Source: Naegleria gruberi (lineage: Eukaryota). Taken from it: DNA of 64,000 nt. Below, piece by piece: positions 12,023 to 23,300 of this stretch. Location of the stretch: the NCBI GenBank assembly GCA_000004985.1, contig GG738872.1. One strand, written 5' to 3'. The notes under the pieces are model-generated. The model was not told the origin of the DNA and made no database searches. It worked only from the letters and a program-made list of their open reading frames with translations. Position numbers and translations under genes: made by a program. How positions within the stretch are numbered: the first letter of the stretch is position 1; every line of letters starts with the position of its first letter.

Positions 12023-12444
12023 ATTTTTTAAACGTAATTAAAAATTTATTAAAAATAATAAAAATATTTTATTTAAATATGTTATTGTTGTTCATTGTGA
12101 TTGAGAGTTAATAGAGTTTGATTGAAAATGAACATCAAATTGAAACAAATGATAACCTCAATGTCAGTACGTATCATTCGGGTATTTTTGAAAGTAGGGA
12201 CTGAATCTGGAAGAGGAAAATGGATAACAAGCTTCAATCCAATCAATGATGATACTCAATTAAAGCCTAGCAAGATAACCACCCAATTGTTCTGTCACTC
12301 TGATTTCATTAGAACAAAGCTTACAAAACCTTACAAAGAAATATCGTGTTTCATGATAATTCTTCAAATCTGGATTTGAATTGCAATTTACCACAAAATC
12401 AAGCTGATCAAGTTATTAATAATCAATTCCATTATTACTAAAAA
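12023..12444. promoter_or_regulatory. Divergent intergenic region, presumably a bidirectional promoter, between NDUFS4 (minus) and the Nudix gene (plus).
   Basis: Inference from head-to-head arrangement of two ATG-initiated genes 422 bp apart. The region is very AT-rich. No specific motif verified. Confidence 0.2.
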
Positions 12445-13059
12445 ATGTCACAACAAAAAGCTAATTCGGGATCATCTTCCAACACCAATGCAAATATCAA
12501 AAAAACAAATTCCAAAGAGAATCGCCACGTATTCCTCACAGAAAAGGAACAACTCGAACAATATGGAAGAATTGTTGAACATGAAGAAATATCATGTGGT
12601 ATTTTGCTTTTTAGAAAATTGACCTCTAAATATGATTTCCTTTTAATGAAACATAGTCGTAGACTTGATTTACCAAAAGGAAGAATGGAACCTGGTGAAA
12701 CATTTATTGAAACTGCAAAGAGAGAATTCAATGAAGAGACTTCTATTCCATTGGATCTGATTGGGATTCATCCAGATTTTCTATTCGAAGAAAAGTATGC
12801 TTACTTTTCCAAATCAAAATCTATTCAAGTTGGAAAAACTCTAAAAATGTATATTGCATTTGCCAAGGACAGTTCCAAGCTGAATATTAAATTGACAGAG
12901 CATGGTGATTGTAAATGGACTCAATTCAAGGAAAAGGAAGCCATGACCATTCAGAATAATACAATTGATCCTCTCTTGAAAAGTATTCAGGACTATATGA
13001 ATGAGAAGGGATTGGATTTGGAAGCATTGGAAAAGACCAGTTTATCATCAAATATTTAA
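12445..13059 (+). CDS. Nudix hydrolase.
   Basis: 204-aa ORF with ATG at 12445. Canonical Nudix box GRMEPGETFIETAKREFNEETSI (G-x5-E-x7-REUxEExGU). Substrate specificity not determinable from sequence. Confidence 0.8.
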   Translation: MSQQKANSGSSSNTNANIKKTNSKENRHVFLTEKEQLEQYGRIVEHEEISCGILLFRKLTSKYDFLLMKHSRRLDLPKGRMEPGETFIETAKREFNEETSIPLDLIGIHPDFLFEEKYAYFSKSKSIQVGKTLKMYIAFAKDSSKLNIKLTEHGDCKWTQFKEKEAMTIQNNTIDPLLKSIQDYMNEKGLDLEALEKTSLSSNI

Positions 13060-13869
13060 ATAATATTTCCTCAATATTATTAAACATAACCGACTTTATT
13101 TCACTCATCTGCAATGCACATTACAATTAAGAAAAGTTGATTATCTAGTAAAAAATTGAAAATAAACAAGTCAAAAATATCTTTTATAGGGCTGTCGGTG
13201 AAGGATTCTATTCAATCAAAAAAACAATCAACACCCATCACGCAACGCAACGACATTTTTCAAAGCTCAAAAACTGTAGATTGGCACTTTCACTTTACAG
13301 TTTTCATTTGATCAACCTTTGTTGTAAGTTCAAGTCCAGATAAGTAAGTGCTCACTTTAGCTTGTCATGCAATAACGATATTCATGGTGTTAATAATAGT
13401 TTATGGTTGTCTTCTCCCAATTAAACAATCTCTTTTACAAAAAGCCAACTCATTGATTGATCTGTGAATTGTTGATCAATTTCTCCACCAAGAACACAAA
13501 TAGACTTGTTAAAAAAATCATCACCCATACAACTAGAAGTGGAAAATTAGATATTATTAATAGTAGTTGTGTTGTAATATTTAACAAATAGTAGTAAAAA
13601 ACAACAAGAGAATCAGTCGATTATCAGTAAAACACAACAAAGAACCAAGAAACTAACTGATATTATCATCAACATCAAGTGCATTCTCCAGATCGCCATC
13701 CACTCTACAAAATAAGTAACCACAGTTACCGCCACTTTTTCTAATAATACTTCCCCATTAATAATCATCATCAGAACGAGAGTACCAACCATAGCATTGA
13801 ACCCGGACCTCTCATCACAACAAACACCTTGGGCAATTTAGAAAAACCGTTGCAAAAATCAAAAAACAA

Positions 13870-14895
13870 ATGCCAAAACAGCTAGTGTGTCAAAATAGAG
13901 AAGAATCTGCCGTTGGAACTACTTTATCAATGGATAGAGTCGCAATCAACCAATCTTCTCAAAGACCAAATAGTAAACCAGCAACAGCATCACATAGATT
14001 GGGATCCTTTGCATTTCAACCTTATCAATTGTTCAATCCGACTCCCTATGCAACAAAACACAAGGCAACTGATTGTTGTGATGATGTTATCAGTAACGGA
14101 TCCAATCATTCAAAATCTTCCGATTCTAAGGAACTACCAATCAATTTGATGACTAGTAACAACAAGGTGGAGAGAATGTCTATCTGTAACGTATCATCTG
14201 AAACTAGGCAATTACCAAACAGCAAACCATTGTCTCCTCCATCATCGTCATCATCATTAGCAGTTCAAAAGACTTGTCATCCACCAATTACAACTATTAC
14301 TCATGTACCATCACCTGTAACAACTAATGTTGCATTATCTCGTTCTACCCACCACCTAGGCTCTAGTCAACCAAACAGTGTTGTACCACAAATCAAACTA
14401 CCACCTACCTCAATGTATCCATATTCCAAACAACAAACATCAATTGATAATATCTCCCCACCAACTCATATTATACAACCACTCCCACCACTTCCTTCAA
14501 TCAATTCAATGAGATCTTTGGTTGCTCAATCACCAAAAGTTCATAAACAAGGTTTTGCTTCTCCAAAGACCAAGGCCAAGAAGGGGTTGACAGCTCACTT
14601 GACAACCAACAATTTTTCTGCCGTTGTAAACTCTGGATCAAACACAAAATCCTTTGGTTCTTCAACCAGTACAACTCAAAACTTTTATGCTTCTCCAATG
14701 AAATCAGTTGACAATAGTAACCCATACACTATTTCTTCATTAACAACCAGCTCCACTACCCAAAATGAAAATGTCGACCGTACTAACATTATGAATAACA
14801 CTACTCCTAACCAAACACCAGAAAAGAAAGAAGCTCCACCTACAGTCAAACCAATTCCAAAACTTCCTTTTGGTACTCTCTCACTAATGAACTGA
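13870..14895 (+). CDS. Hypothetical Ser/Thr/Pro/Asn-rich low-complexity protein (341 aa), function unknown.
   Basis: ATG-initiated ORF. Composition is typical of intrinsically disordered protein; no domain motif recognised. Confidence 0.35.
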   Translation: MPKQLVCQNREESAVGTTLSMDRVAINQSSQRPNSKPATASHRLGSFAFQPYQLFNPTPYATKHKATDCCDDVISNGSNHSKSSDSKELPINLMTSNNKVERMSICNVSSETRQLPNSKPLSPPSSSSSLAVQKTCHPPITTITHVPSPVTTNVALSRSTHHLGSSQPNSVVPQIKLPPTSMYPYSKQQTSIDNISPPTHIIQPLPPLPSINSMRSLVAQSPKVHKQGFASPKTKAKKGLTAHLTTNNFSAVVNSGSNTKSFGSSTSTTQNFYASPMKSVDNSNPYTISSLTTSSTTQNENVDRTNIMNNTTPNQTPEKKEAPPTVKPIPKLPFGTLSLMN

Positions 14896-15241
14896 TATAG
14901 ATATATCCTTTGCAACAATTAATTGACTATTGTGAATATTTAACTCCCTTTTGATCTTTACCAACCACCAAACAATTTTTTCCTTGCTCAACTTACAACT
15001 GCTGATAATTTGAGGTTGAAACTGAAAACCATCACCCAAGTTGTGTTCCAAGAAGAGAATCACAACAGTTGCATGTTGTTTTCAATTTTCCTTATTTCAA
15101 AAACGTTGAAAGAAGAATAAGAAAAAAATTCACAACGCTCACCCCGCTACAACCTTTTTTATTAACTTATTTATTGTTAAATAGTTTTTGTACATTCTCC
15201 TGTAAATAGATAACTTGATCACCACTACACACAGCTTCATC

Positions 15242-15412
15242 ATGCGACCATTATTCGGACCTCTTGTAGATACTAAACTCTCACGACTCTATACAAAGGG
15301 TAACAATCCCGAAGAGAATAAGAAGAATCTAGAGTCTACCACGAAAAAGACTTATGCTTTTGTTCTCTTTTGTGTTGTTGCCACTTCTGTGGGTTTGTTC
15401 TTTAAAGAATAA
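15242..15412 (+). CDS. Possible small tail-anchored membrane protein (about 56 aa; C-terminal TM YAFVLFCVVATSVGLFF).
   Basis: Short ATG-initiated ORF in an otherwise gene-free 700-bp gap. No family assignment. Confidence 0.2.
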   Translation: MRPLFGPLVDTKLSRLYTKGNNPEENKKNLESTTKKTYAFVLFCVVATSVGLFFKE

Positions 15413-15639
15413 AATCTAACTTCCGATCAATTACTTCATTGTGTCTTTTATTATCCAGATTACAGAGGCTTAGGTTTTGCTGCCGTTTGAACTGAATTAA
15501 TGATGACTTACAACCAAAGTTTGTTGGCCAGTTCAAAGAATGCAGATTGCACTTGATGAATAGTTTGTAAAATGTGAGCTCACTTTTTTCTTAATAAATC
15601 AGTTTCAATGTCATTATTTTAATACAATTATTTGTAAAT

Positions 15640-18600
15640 TTATTGTTGAATGGTTGAGTTTGGTCTATTTTCCTTATCACCCAATTGTCTATATTTTTGC
15701 TTGATAGATTCCAAGTCGATGGAACTACTATATCTATTGGTAGCACTATTGGCCTTGATATTGGCAAATCTTTCTCTGAGACTATCAATATTGTTGGTAG
15801 AGGAGAGAGCACTCGAGTAGGTAGAACCATTAATATTGGACAAGCTTCTCATCTTTCTATAATCCTCAATTGATTTTGGTTTGGTATCAAATTGAGAAAT
15901 GGTGGCACTATTTACACTGCTGTAACGAGATAAGATGTTTTGGGAGAGGCTGGAAGTGGCAGGGGTTGTTGTTGGAATTTCCTTGAGAACTGGTCTAACT
16001 TCCTCTGGAGGAGAACTGAATGGCATTTGGTTGACTGAATGATTGACTGTAATGGTTGGAGTTTGTTGTGTAGATTCGAGGGCGACCTTCTTCGATTGTT
16101 CATGAGCAGCAATCTTGGCAACAGATCCAATAATGTACTCTTGGAAAATCTTACCAAATGATGTAGTTCCAAGGAATTCGTTGATTTTAAATTCAGGATG
16201 TTGCACTTGGAATTTGTAAAGCTTATATAATCCAGATCTTGTGGTTTCCTTATTTCCAATTAATGTACAAATTTCCTTGAGTTGATCACTCTCTGATTCA
16301 AACAAGCTGTTGGTGCTATCAGAGGATGTAAAGGTGTTAGTGTTGGTGGAAGAACTAGAAAGAGAGAGGACGTTCAACTCGTGTTCAATGTGAGAAATCA
16401 TAACCTTATTGAGTGTTGTGAGATAGGTTCTCAAAGAGTTTCCTTTCAGCTTGACAAGAGTTTGGATAATAGTCTTGATCATTCTCAAAGGGCTATCATC
16501 CTTGCCTTCAAAGAATGTTGGAGGATTGCTAGAGAGGAAGCTTTGAATATCCAACAATACTGAACCAATTTCAATGATACCAATTGTCTTTTCCAAAGTC
16601 TTAGTGAGCTTGGAGAGACACTTGATAAGTACCTTGGTAAAGCTGGTTGGTTCCTTTTCATGATCGAGGCAGGACTTTTCCAATAAAGTAATCAAGCAAC
16701 TGTAAGCAGTGGTTCTGGAACAATTTTCAAGAATACGAAGAATGAGAGTATTGAGAGCAGCAACCATCTTTTCACCATATTCAATAGTTGGTAACTTGTC
16801 ATTGAGTAAAAGTCTGAGTAAGACTTCTAAAAGATTGAGGAGAGTCTTCTTTTGTACCAATGAGGAAAAGTTTCTAGATTCAAACAAACCCATCATGGTA
16901 TTGATCATAATCTTACAAATTCTTGGACCAGAGAGACCAATAATGACAGAGTCAAAAGCAACCTCAAAGAAGATGGAAAGGGAGTAAACCAATTGTTCTC
17001 TATTCATGGAAATACCCATATCTTGGTATTCAACATGCTTATCAAGAGTCTTCATGGCATTCATAGCATTTTCAAAGTTACTGATTTTAGTGTTAGTGAG
17101 AACTCTAATGATTTGTTCGACAGACATTTGTACATCCTTAGATTGTGGAACAATATTAATCTTCTTTGGAGTTAACAAGGTGGTTGGTGACAATAATAAT
17201 TCTTCAGTAGCAAGCTTTGAGAATTTGAGCTTCTTTGGTGTAGTAAAGACACTATCCTTGACTGTTGAAATGCTTCTCTTTCCTGGAGTAGAAGGAGGAG
17301 ACATTGGACATTCGATTGGTTTTGGGAAGTCCATTTTGAACAAGGAGGATTGAACAAGAGTTTTTCTTGAGCTCTTATCATCTTCAATGACTGGTTGGAC
17401 TGGAGTAGGTTGTGTAACTGTTTTAGATTGGTTTTGCTTTTTCATTTCTCCAATAGTGAGGGAAGAGGAGGATCTTTGCAAAGTTGAAGCAGCTGGTTGG
17501 GTTTGTGGTTGTTGGGCAGGCTTAGTTGGTGGTTGTTCAGCTTTGACTGGTTGAACTTGTTGGACAGTTTGTTGGGCTGCTGCTGTTGGTTGATATTGGT
17601 TTTCATACTTGGAAATAACAGCAATGATGCTACTCTTGGAAGCATTGTTGAGATCTTGACAGAAACTCTTGATAAAATCAGCACCAGTTGTTCTGATAAC
17701 CTTTTCCAAAACTGTTTCAGCAAGTTTTCTTGTGCATGCCTTTGGGTCTTGCAAGCAGTTAATGAGAGGCTTGGCGAGGTGTTGGAGAGTATCCCTAGAT
17801 TTGTTCTTGACTTCCAAAATGTAAGTGTCAATGAATTGGAGAGCATCTCTTCTTCCTTCAGGATGGCCCTTCTCATTGTTCAAAGGCTTGTCCATATACT
17901 TGATAATGTTATCCATATTGAGAGATTTAACAAGTCCTTCTAAAGTTTGGTAAGTAGCAGTTCTGATCACCTTATTGTTGTGAGTGAATTTGGTCACCAA
18001 ATTTTGTAAAATGACTGGACTGAACTTTTCAAATCCACTACCAGCAGCTTCACCAATGAAAACATAAAGTTCCATTGTTGTACTGAGAATCTTGACATTA
18101 GCATCTTCCATTCTCTTCTTCAGAGCTTGAATGAGATTATTAAGATTTGGAGTAATTCTCTTATTAGCTTCAGTGATTATATTCTTGATTTCTTCCAAAG
18201 CTTCCAATCTAGTCTTCCAAGCTTTGTCCTCCAATTCTCCAAGAATCTTTGATGTAATCTTGCCAGAGATATCAGTTCTTGGCAGTAAATCATCAAAAGA
18301 TGGAGCACTACCTGGTTCACCAGACTTACTACTTGTACTAACATTCATACCTCTGACAAACTTGGTTTGTGTAGGTGGAGCATCTGTGAATTTTTGGAAT
18401 TCCTTCTTGATGGAATCCAACAATGCAGGCTTGACATCATTCAAATAATTCAAAAGTCCATCTCCCATAAACTTTTTCATGGAACAGAGAATTTCTGTAG
18501 CGCCAGTCTTGACAGGAGGCTTAGCATTACCCAAACAAACCTTTGAAAAATCAATAATTGACTTGACATCAATAGTTTGCATGGCAAAGTGTTCGATTGT

Positions 18601-19629
18601 AGCAGCCATCCATCCAAGAGTTTCACCAGCAATCTTTGGATTCTTGTGATCCTTAATAATTGGGTAGAGTTGATTAAAGACGAATTGAGGAGAGTACATT
18701 TCAGCAAGCTTGGAAAGACATTGAGTGCAAGGATCTTTCAATTTGGCAGTAGCAATCTTTTCAACAAGTCCTTCAATAACTGTTACAGCAGGCCCAGTTG
18801 AAAGAGTTGAGCAACTGTCCACAATTAACATTACCATTTCAATAACTTTTGACAAATTTTGAACATTTGATTCCTTCCAGCCAGGCTTTGAGTTAAGAGT
18901 TACGACAATAACATCAGCATTACTAGCCATAACATCCTTATCCATTTCTGTTAGGGATTTAGAGAGAGATTCAATTGCTTCCATACGTTCCTTCAATTTA
19001 GAAGAAGATAATGCCTCAACAATGGATGCATCAATAATTTCTGCAATTCTACTTTGAGCCTCCTCAAGGGACACTGTATTTCTAATACTGTTATCAATAG
19101 GTTTGGAAAGTTCCTTCCCACCAGCAGCTTTCTTTTTTGCAGGTGCAGCAGAAGAAGCACCATCTGATTTTCTCTTCTGTGAAGGATTTGGTCTTGAGAG
19201 GGCTGGCTTTTTAAGAGGAGGACGACTAGTTGTTTTTGGTGGTGATGTTGTTATTGTTGTTGTTGACTCGGTAATAGTATCGGCATCAACAGCAGATTCT
19301 TCCTCTGCTATTGTTGCTTCTGTTGTTGTTTTAGATGGTGTTGAAGTTATTGTTGTTTGTGATGATTCCTCCTCTGTATTTGATGATGATGATGATGTTG
19401 TTGCTGCAGTAGTGCTTCGTTTGAATGGACGAGCCTTGTGTTTACGTTGTGGTGGAGGTCGATTGGTTCTTGTGGTTTGGGAAATTCCTCCTGTGGATCC
19501 TTCTTGTTGTAAGGCTTGCTCTAACATTTTTTGGAAGAGAGCATTCGAGTCCAATACATCTACATTTTCGCCATTATCATCGGTGGCTTGATTATTGTTT
19601 GATGTTGTAGGGATTGGCTTGTCTTCCAT
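15640..19629 (-). CDS. Large (about 1329 aa) HEAT/TOG-repeat protein, possibly an XMAP215/Dis1/CLASP-family microtubule regulator, with long Ser/Thr/Pro/Gln-rich linkers.
   Basis: Single long ORF; first ATG (MEDKPIP…) at 19629, the track start 19665 is TTG. The N-terminal ordered region (…LKDPCTQCLSKLAEMYSPQFVFNQLYPIIKDHKNPKIAGETLGWMAATIEHFAMQTIDVKSIIDFSKVCLGNAKPPVKTGATEILCSMKKFMGDGLLNYLNDVKPALLDSIKKEF…) resembles TOG-domain HEAT repeats (…NPKI……KPAL…). Family assignment is tentative. Confidence 0.5.
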   Translation of the reverse strand: MEDKPIPTTSNNNQATDDNGENVDVLDSNALFQKMLEQALQQEGSTGGISQTTRTNRPPPQRKHKARPFKRSTTAATTSSSSSNTEEESSQTTITSTPSKTTTEATIAEEESAVDADTITESTTTITTSPPKTTSRPPLKKPALSRPNPSQKRKSDGASSAAPAKKKAAGGKELSKPIDNSIRNTVSLEEAQSRIAEIIDASIVEALSSSKLKERMEAIESLSKSLTEMDKDVMASNADVIVVTLNSKPGWKESNVQNLSKVIEMVMLIVDSCSTLSTGPAVTVIEGLVEKIATAKLKDPCTQCLSKLAEMYSPQFVFNQLYPIIKDHKNPKIAGETLGWMAATIEHFAMQTIDVKSIIDFSKVCLGNAKPPVKTGATEILCSMKKFMGDGLLNYLNDVKPALLDSIKKEFQKFTDAPPTQTKFVRGMNVSTSSKSGEPGSAPSFDDLLPRTDISGKITSKILGELEDKAWKTRLEALEEIKNIITEANKRITPNLNNLIQALKKRMEDANVKILSTTMELYVFIGEAAGSGFEKFSPVILQNLVTKFTHNNKVIRTATYQTLEGLVKSLNMDNIIKYMDKPLNNEKGHPEGRRDALQFIDTYILEVKNKSRDTLQHLAKPLINCLQDPKACTRKLAETVLEKVIRTTGADFIKSFCQDLNNASKSSIIAVISKYENQYQPTAAAQQTVQQVQPVKAEQPPTKPAQQPQTQPAASTLQRSSSSLTIGEMKKQNQSKTVTQPTPVQPVIEDDKSSRKTLVQSSLFKMDFPKPIECPMSPPSTPGKRSISTVKDSVFTTPKKLKFSKLATEELLLSPTTLLTPKKINIVPQSKDVQMSVEQIIRVLTNTKISNFENAMNAMKTLDKHVEYQDMGISMNREQLVYSLSIFFEVAFDSVIIGLSGPRICKIMINTMMGLFESRNFSSLVQKKTLLNLLEVLLRLLLNDKLPTIEYGEKMVAALNTLILRILENCSRTTAYSCLITLLEKSCLDHEKEPTSFTKVLIKCLSKLTKTLEKTIGIIEIGSVLLDIQSFLSSNPPTFFEGKDDSPLRMIKTIIQTLVKLKGNSLRTYLTTLNKVMISHIEHELNVLSLSSSSTNTNTFTSSDSTNSLFESESDQLKEICTLIGNKETTRSGLYKLYKFQVQHPEFKINEFLGTTSFGKIFQEYIIGSVAKIAAHEQSKKVALESTQQTPTITVNHSVNQMPFSSPPEEVRPVLKEIPTTTPATSSLSQNILSRYSSVNSATISQFDTKPKSIEDYRKMRSLSNINGSTYSSALSSTNNIDSLRERFANIKANSATNRYSSSIDLESIKQKYRQLGDKENRPNSTIQQ

Positions 19630-20369
19630 TTTTTTTGAATTTGTTTGTGGATTGTTTAACACCAACTAACGATCAATTTTTTTAAATTTTGGCGCCATTT
19701 AATTTTGGCGGGCAAACAACTAAAATCTACCAGTCAACTGAATTAATTCTTTCACTTGACAATCAAATAGTGTTATTGGTAATACCTCTCACAAATAATA
19801 TGTAATACAAAACCCATCTCAATAACAAATATTTCGAAATCAATACAGTCAAATGTTATCACTCTACAATTTTTTCACAAGTTATTTCCGCCCAATTTAA
19901 CGATATTCATCAATTTGGCACTCTCTTTCCCCTCTGTGAATTTTCCATTTAAAAGGCATTACTCATTTTTAACTGAATTTTCTGTAAAAGAAGAGAGGAA
20001 TGTTTTTTTGGAGGTTGTGCCGTAAGTACAGTTGGTTCATGGATGATTTGAAGAAAGGGCAGACAAATAACTTGTTGTAAAGACGCACACTAGAGAGTTT
20101 TAACAAGTTAAAAAACAGTGTCAATTGGTTGCTCTCTCTGATCCTCTTTTACTTTCGATTGGTTTCGTATATCGTAGTTATTGGACTAAGAGTATCGACG
20201 ATAGTGGAAGATTTTAAAGGATTTTGGGTAATAATTATTTTATGGGGTAGGTTTTACTTGTCAACGTTCTAGTTCACCTTCTTGCCTGTCAAAAATACAA
20301 AAAAAGGACGAAATATTATCTCTTAAAGTTTTGATGAGAATTGAATAATCAATCAATAGAAAATTATAA
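19630..20369. promoter_or_regulatory. Divergent intergenic region between the TOG-like gene (minus) and the kinase-NACHT gene (plus).
   Basis: Inference from gene arrangement only. Confidence 0.2.
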
Positions 20370-23300
20370 AATGTTAACCCAAAAGTATAATCCCAAGATG
20401 AAACTTGGTAGTGGAGCAGAAGGATTAGTTTATTTAGGTTCGTATACCTATTCGAAATATATATTGACATTAGGAAACATATTATTTCATCATCATCATT
20501 TTCAATAATAATAACAATAATAACAATAATTATCATCATCATCATCGTGATCACAACTCCAGTCGAGGAAAAATCCACCAACAAACTATTCGCCATCAAG
20601 ATGATTACTCTCTTTGAGGAAGAAAATTTTGAAAAGATTAAAAAGGAAGTCGATTTGGTTCGGAAGTTTCATGAACACAACAATATTGTGAGGTATTTTG
20701 ATTATTTTGAGGAGAGAACCATTGATGCTTTTGCAGGTGTTGAATTGAGACTCTTCTTTGTTATGGAATATTGGTAAGTAATTTATATATTTGATTTGTT
20801 ATATATTCAATAATAATAATATTATATTCAAATTTGCTATTATTATTATGTGTTTTTTCAATATCCATTCATCAATGTTATCTTCATATGAAATTGTTAC
20901 TTTACTATGATGATTATGATGATTATATACATATGAAACTCTGATCAATATATTGAACATCATCATCAACATTGATACAATGCATCTCTAATGGATCAAA
21001 TCAATAATAATGCTAATAACATTAACATGATCACCAAATTCTTCAATTCTACAACTGTGATTTTTCTTCATCATATTTGCACATCATCCAATATCCAATT
21101 ATTATCAATTAATAACACTAATAATACTAACAATAACAACAACTACTATAACAACATTCATATAAATAGTGATAAGGGAAGTTTAGAAACCATCATTCAA
21201 GAATATCTCAAGGAAGGACAACATAAGAATAGTGGAAGTGAGGATTTGGCAGCTGATAAGCATCTACCCTTCTCTTTTATAATATCAACTATAAAACAAT
21301 TGACGAGTGTTTTAGTATATATACATAATCAACAAATAGTACATAGAGATGTAAGTCTAGTCCATTAATTTCAAATAGTTGATCATCTTTTTCGAAATGA
21401 TAATGACATAATATGAAACTATAGTTAAAACCTGCCAATTTACTATTCAAAGCTGTATCATCAACAAATATATCCATCACAGAGACAAGTAATGAATCAA
21501 CAACAACAACAACAACAGCTGTTTCCACATCAAAGGAACAACATTCAACAAGTTGTACTTCTATATCAGAAAATGATAATATTATTGAAAATTGTAAAAA
21601 AGAAGCATATAATGATTGGGTACTCAAATTGAGTGATTTTGGATTCACCAAACAAATGAAAGATAATATGGCCCAAAGTTTTGTTGGAACAATCCAATAC
21701 ATGTCACCTGAATTGTTCAGTTCAAAGAAATATGATGCAGGTACTGATATTTGGTCATTTGGTGTTTGTATTTTAAGAATGTTTGCATTTCTGGATGAAA
21801 CCAAAGTTCCAGATCTGAGACATGAAATTAAGAAGGATTCAGAGTTTGTATGTAAATTATGCAAAAAGTATAAGGCTCCTAAGGTGGTTGAGGAGATTGT
21901 CTATGCCTGTCTGTTATTGGATCCAACCGATCGTCCAACAGCTGCAGAGATTTCACAATTTTTGGAAGAGTTTGAGAAGAGTGGAGGAACTGTTTCTCTG
22001 TTAAAGAAGGTTAAATTCACACCACCACCTTCATCACAAAATTTAAATGATCAGAATGGAATGTTGGATGTTTCTATAACGATGGATGATGAATTGTCCT
22101 CCTCTTCATCCTCTGATGGAAGTCTTCCATTGGAAAAGATTATCAATGATAAGGCACGAGAATTTTGGAAGCAACATTCTTGGGAGAGAAGAGTCAATTG
22201 GATGGATTTCAGAGAGGCCTACATTAATCTGATTCAACAATTGAAAATCGAAGAAAAGAAGAATGAAAATAATGAAATTACAACTGAGTCTCCTGGGATT
22301 AATATTAGTTATACAGGAATTTCAATGACTGATTTCATGAGAGGCCTAAAGACTGGCGTATGTAACAAGTATTTCGACACTGTATCAATAGAAGATTTGA
22401 ATGAATTGACAAAGCAAGCTGGTTTCCCGTTCAATCCTGAATATGTGATAAATCTTGCTGCTTACGAGATAACTGACGACAAGGAGGTTGATATTGAAGA
22501 TGTAACAATGGATACTGAAACTTTCATGAGGGCGCAATCCAAATATTTGGAAACTATTCTGACTTGTGATAAGGTATTCATTGATCCAATATCTCAGGAA
22601 CCTCTCCAGATTGATCAACATTTGGCTCCTCTGGAATTGGTTGAAACCAATGAATGGAATGATCTTTTGAAAACCGAACAAGAAATTGAAGAAGACGATG
22701 AAAAGAAAACCAAAGTCGAACGAGGATCGAGTCAATACTATGAAGATGCAGTTGATTTCCTCTCGAGTACCAGTGATAGACCTCTCAAATATCTCATTTT
22801 GGGTTCTGCTGCTTGTGGTAAGACTTGTATGATGAAACGATTGTGCTACAAGGCAGCTCAATCTGCTTACAAGAGGGCTGGTGATACAAATTCATTCGAT
22901 TTGGTTCCACTCATGGTTCCAGTAGCAAATATTCCAGTAGAAGAGCACGACAATATCCCATTCAAACTCAAGTGTATCAGAGCATCGGCTGACACCTTCA
23001 ACAAGGGTCTCAAATATTCTGCAGATGTGGAAAAGTTCCTCTTAAATGTTTGGCAATGTGGACGATTACTCTTATTATTGGATGGCCTTGATGAGGGTGG
23101 AGAGAATAGAGCCAAATTGGAAAAGCAAATTTGCAAGCTCAATTTCAGAGAGTTGGGAGGCATTCTCACCACCAGTAGAGTCAGTGGTTTCGAACAGGAA
23201 GAGGCCAAGAATGTTTTTGATAGTTTCAAGATTGCAAGAATCAAACCACTCACTTATCAAATTCAAAAGCAAGTTGCCTTGAGTAGAGGTCTCAAAGATC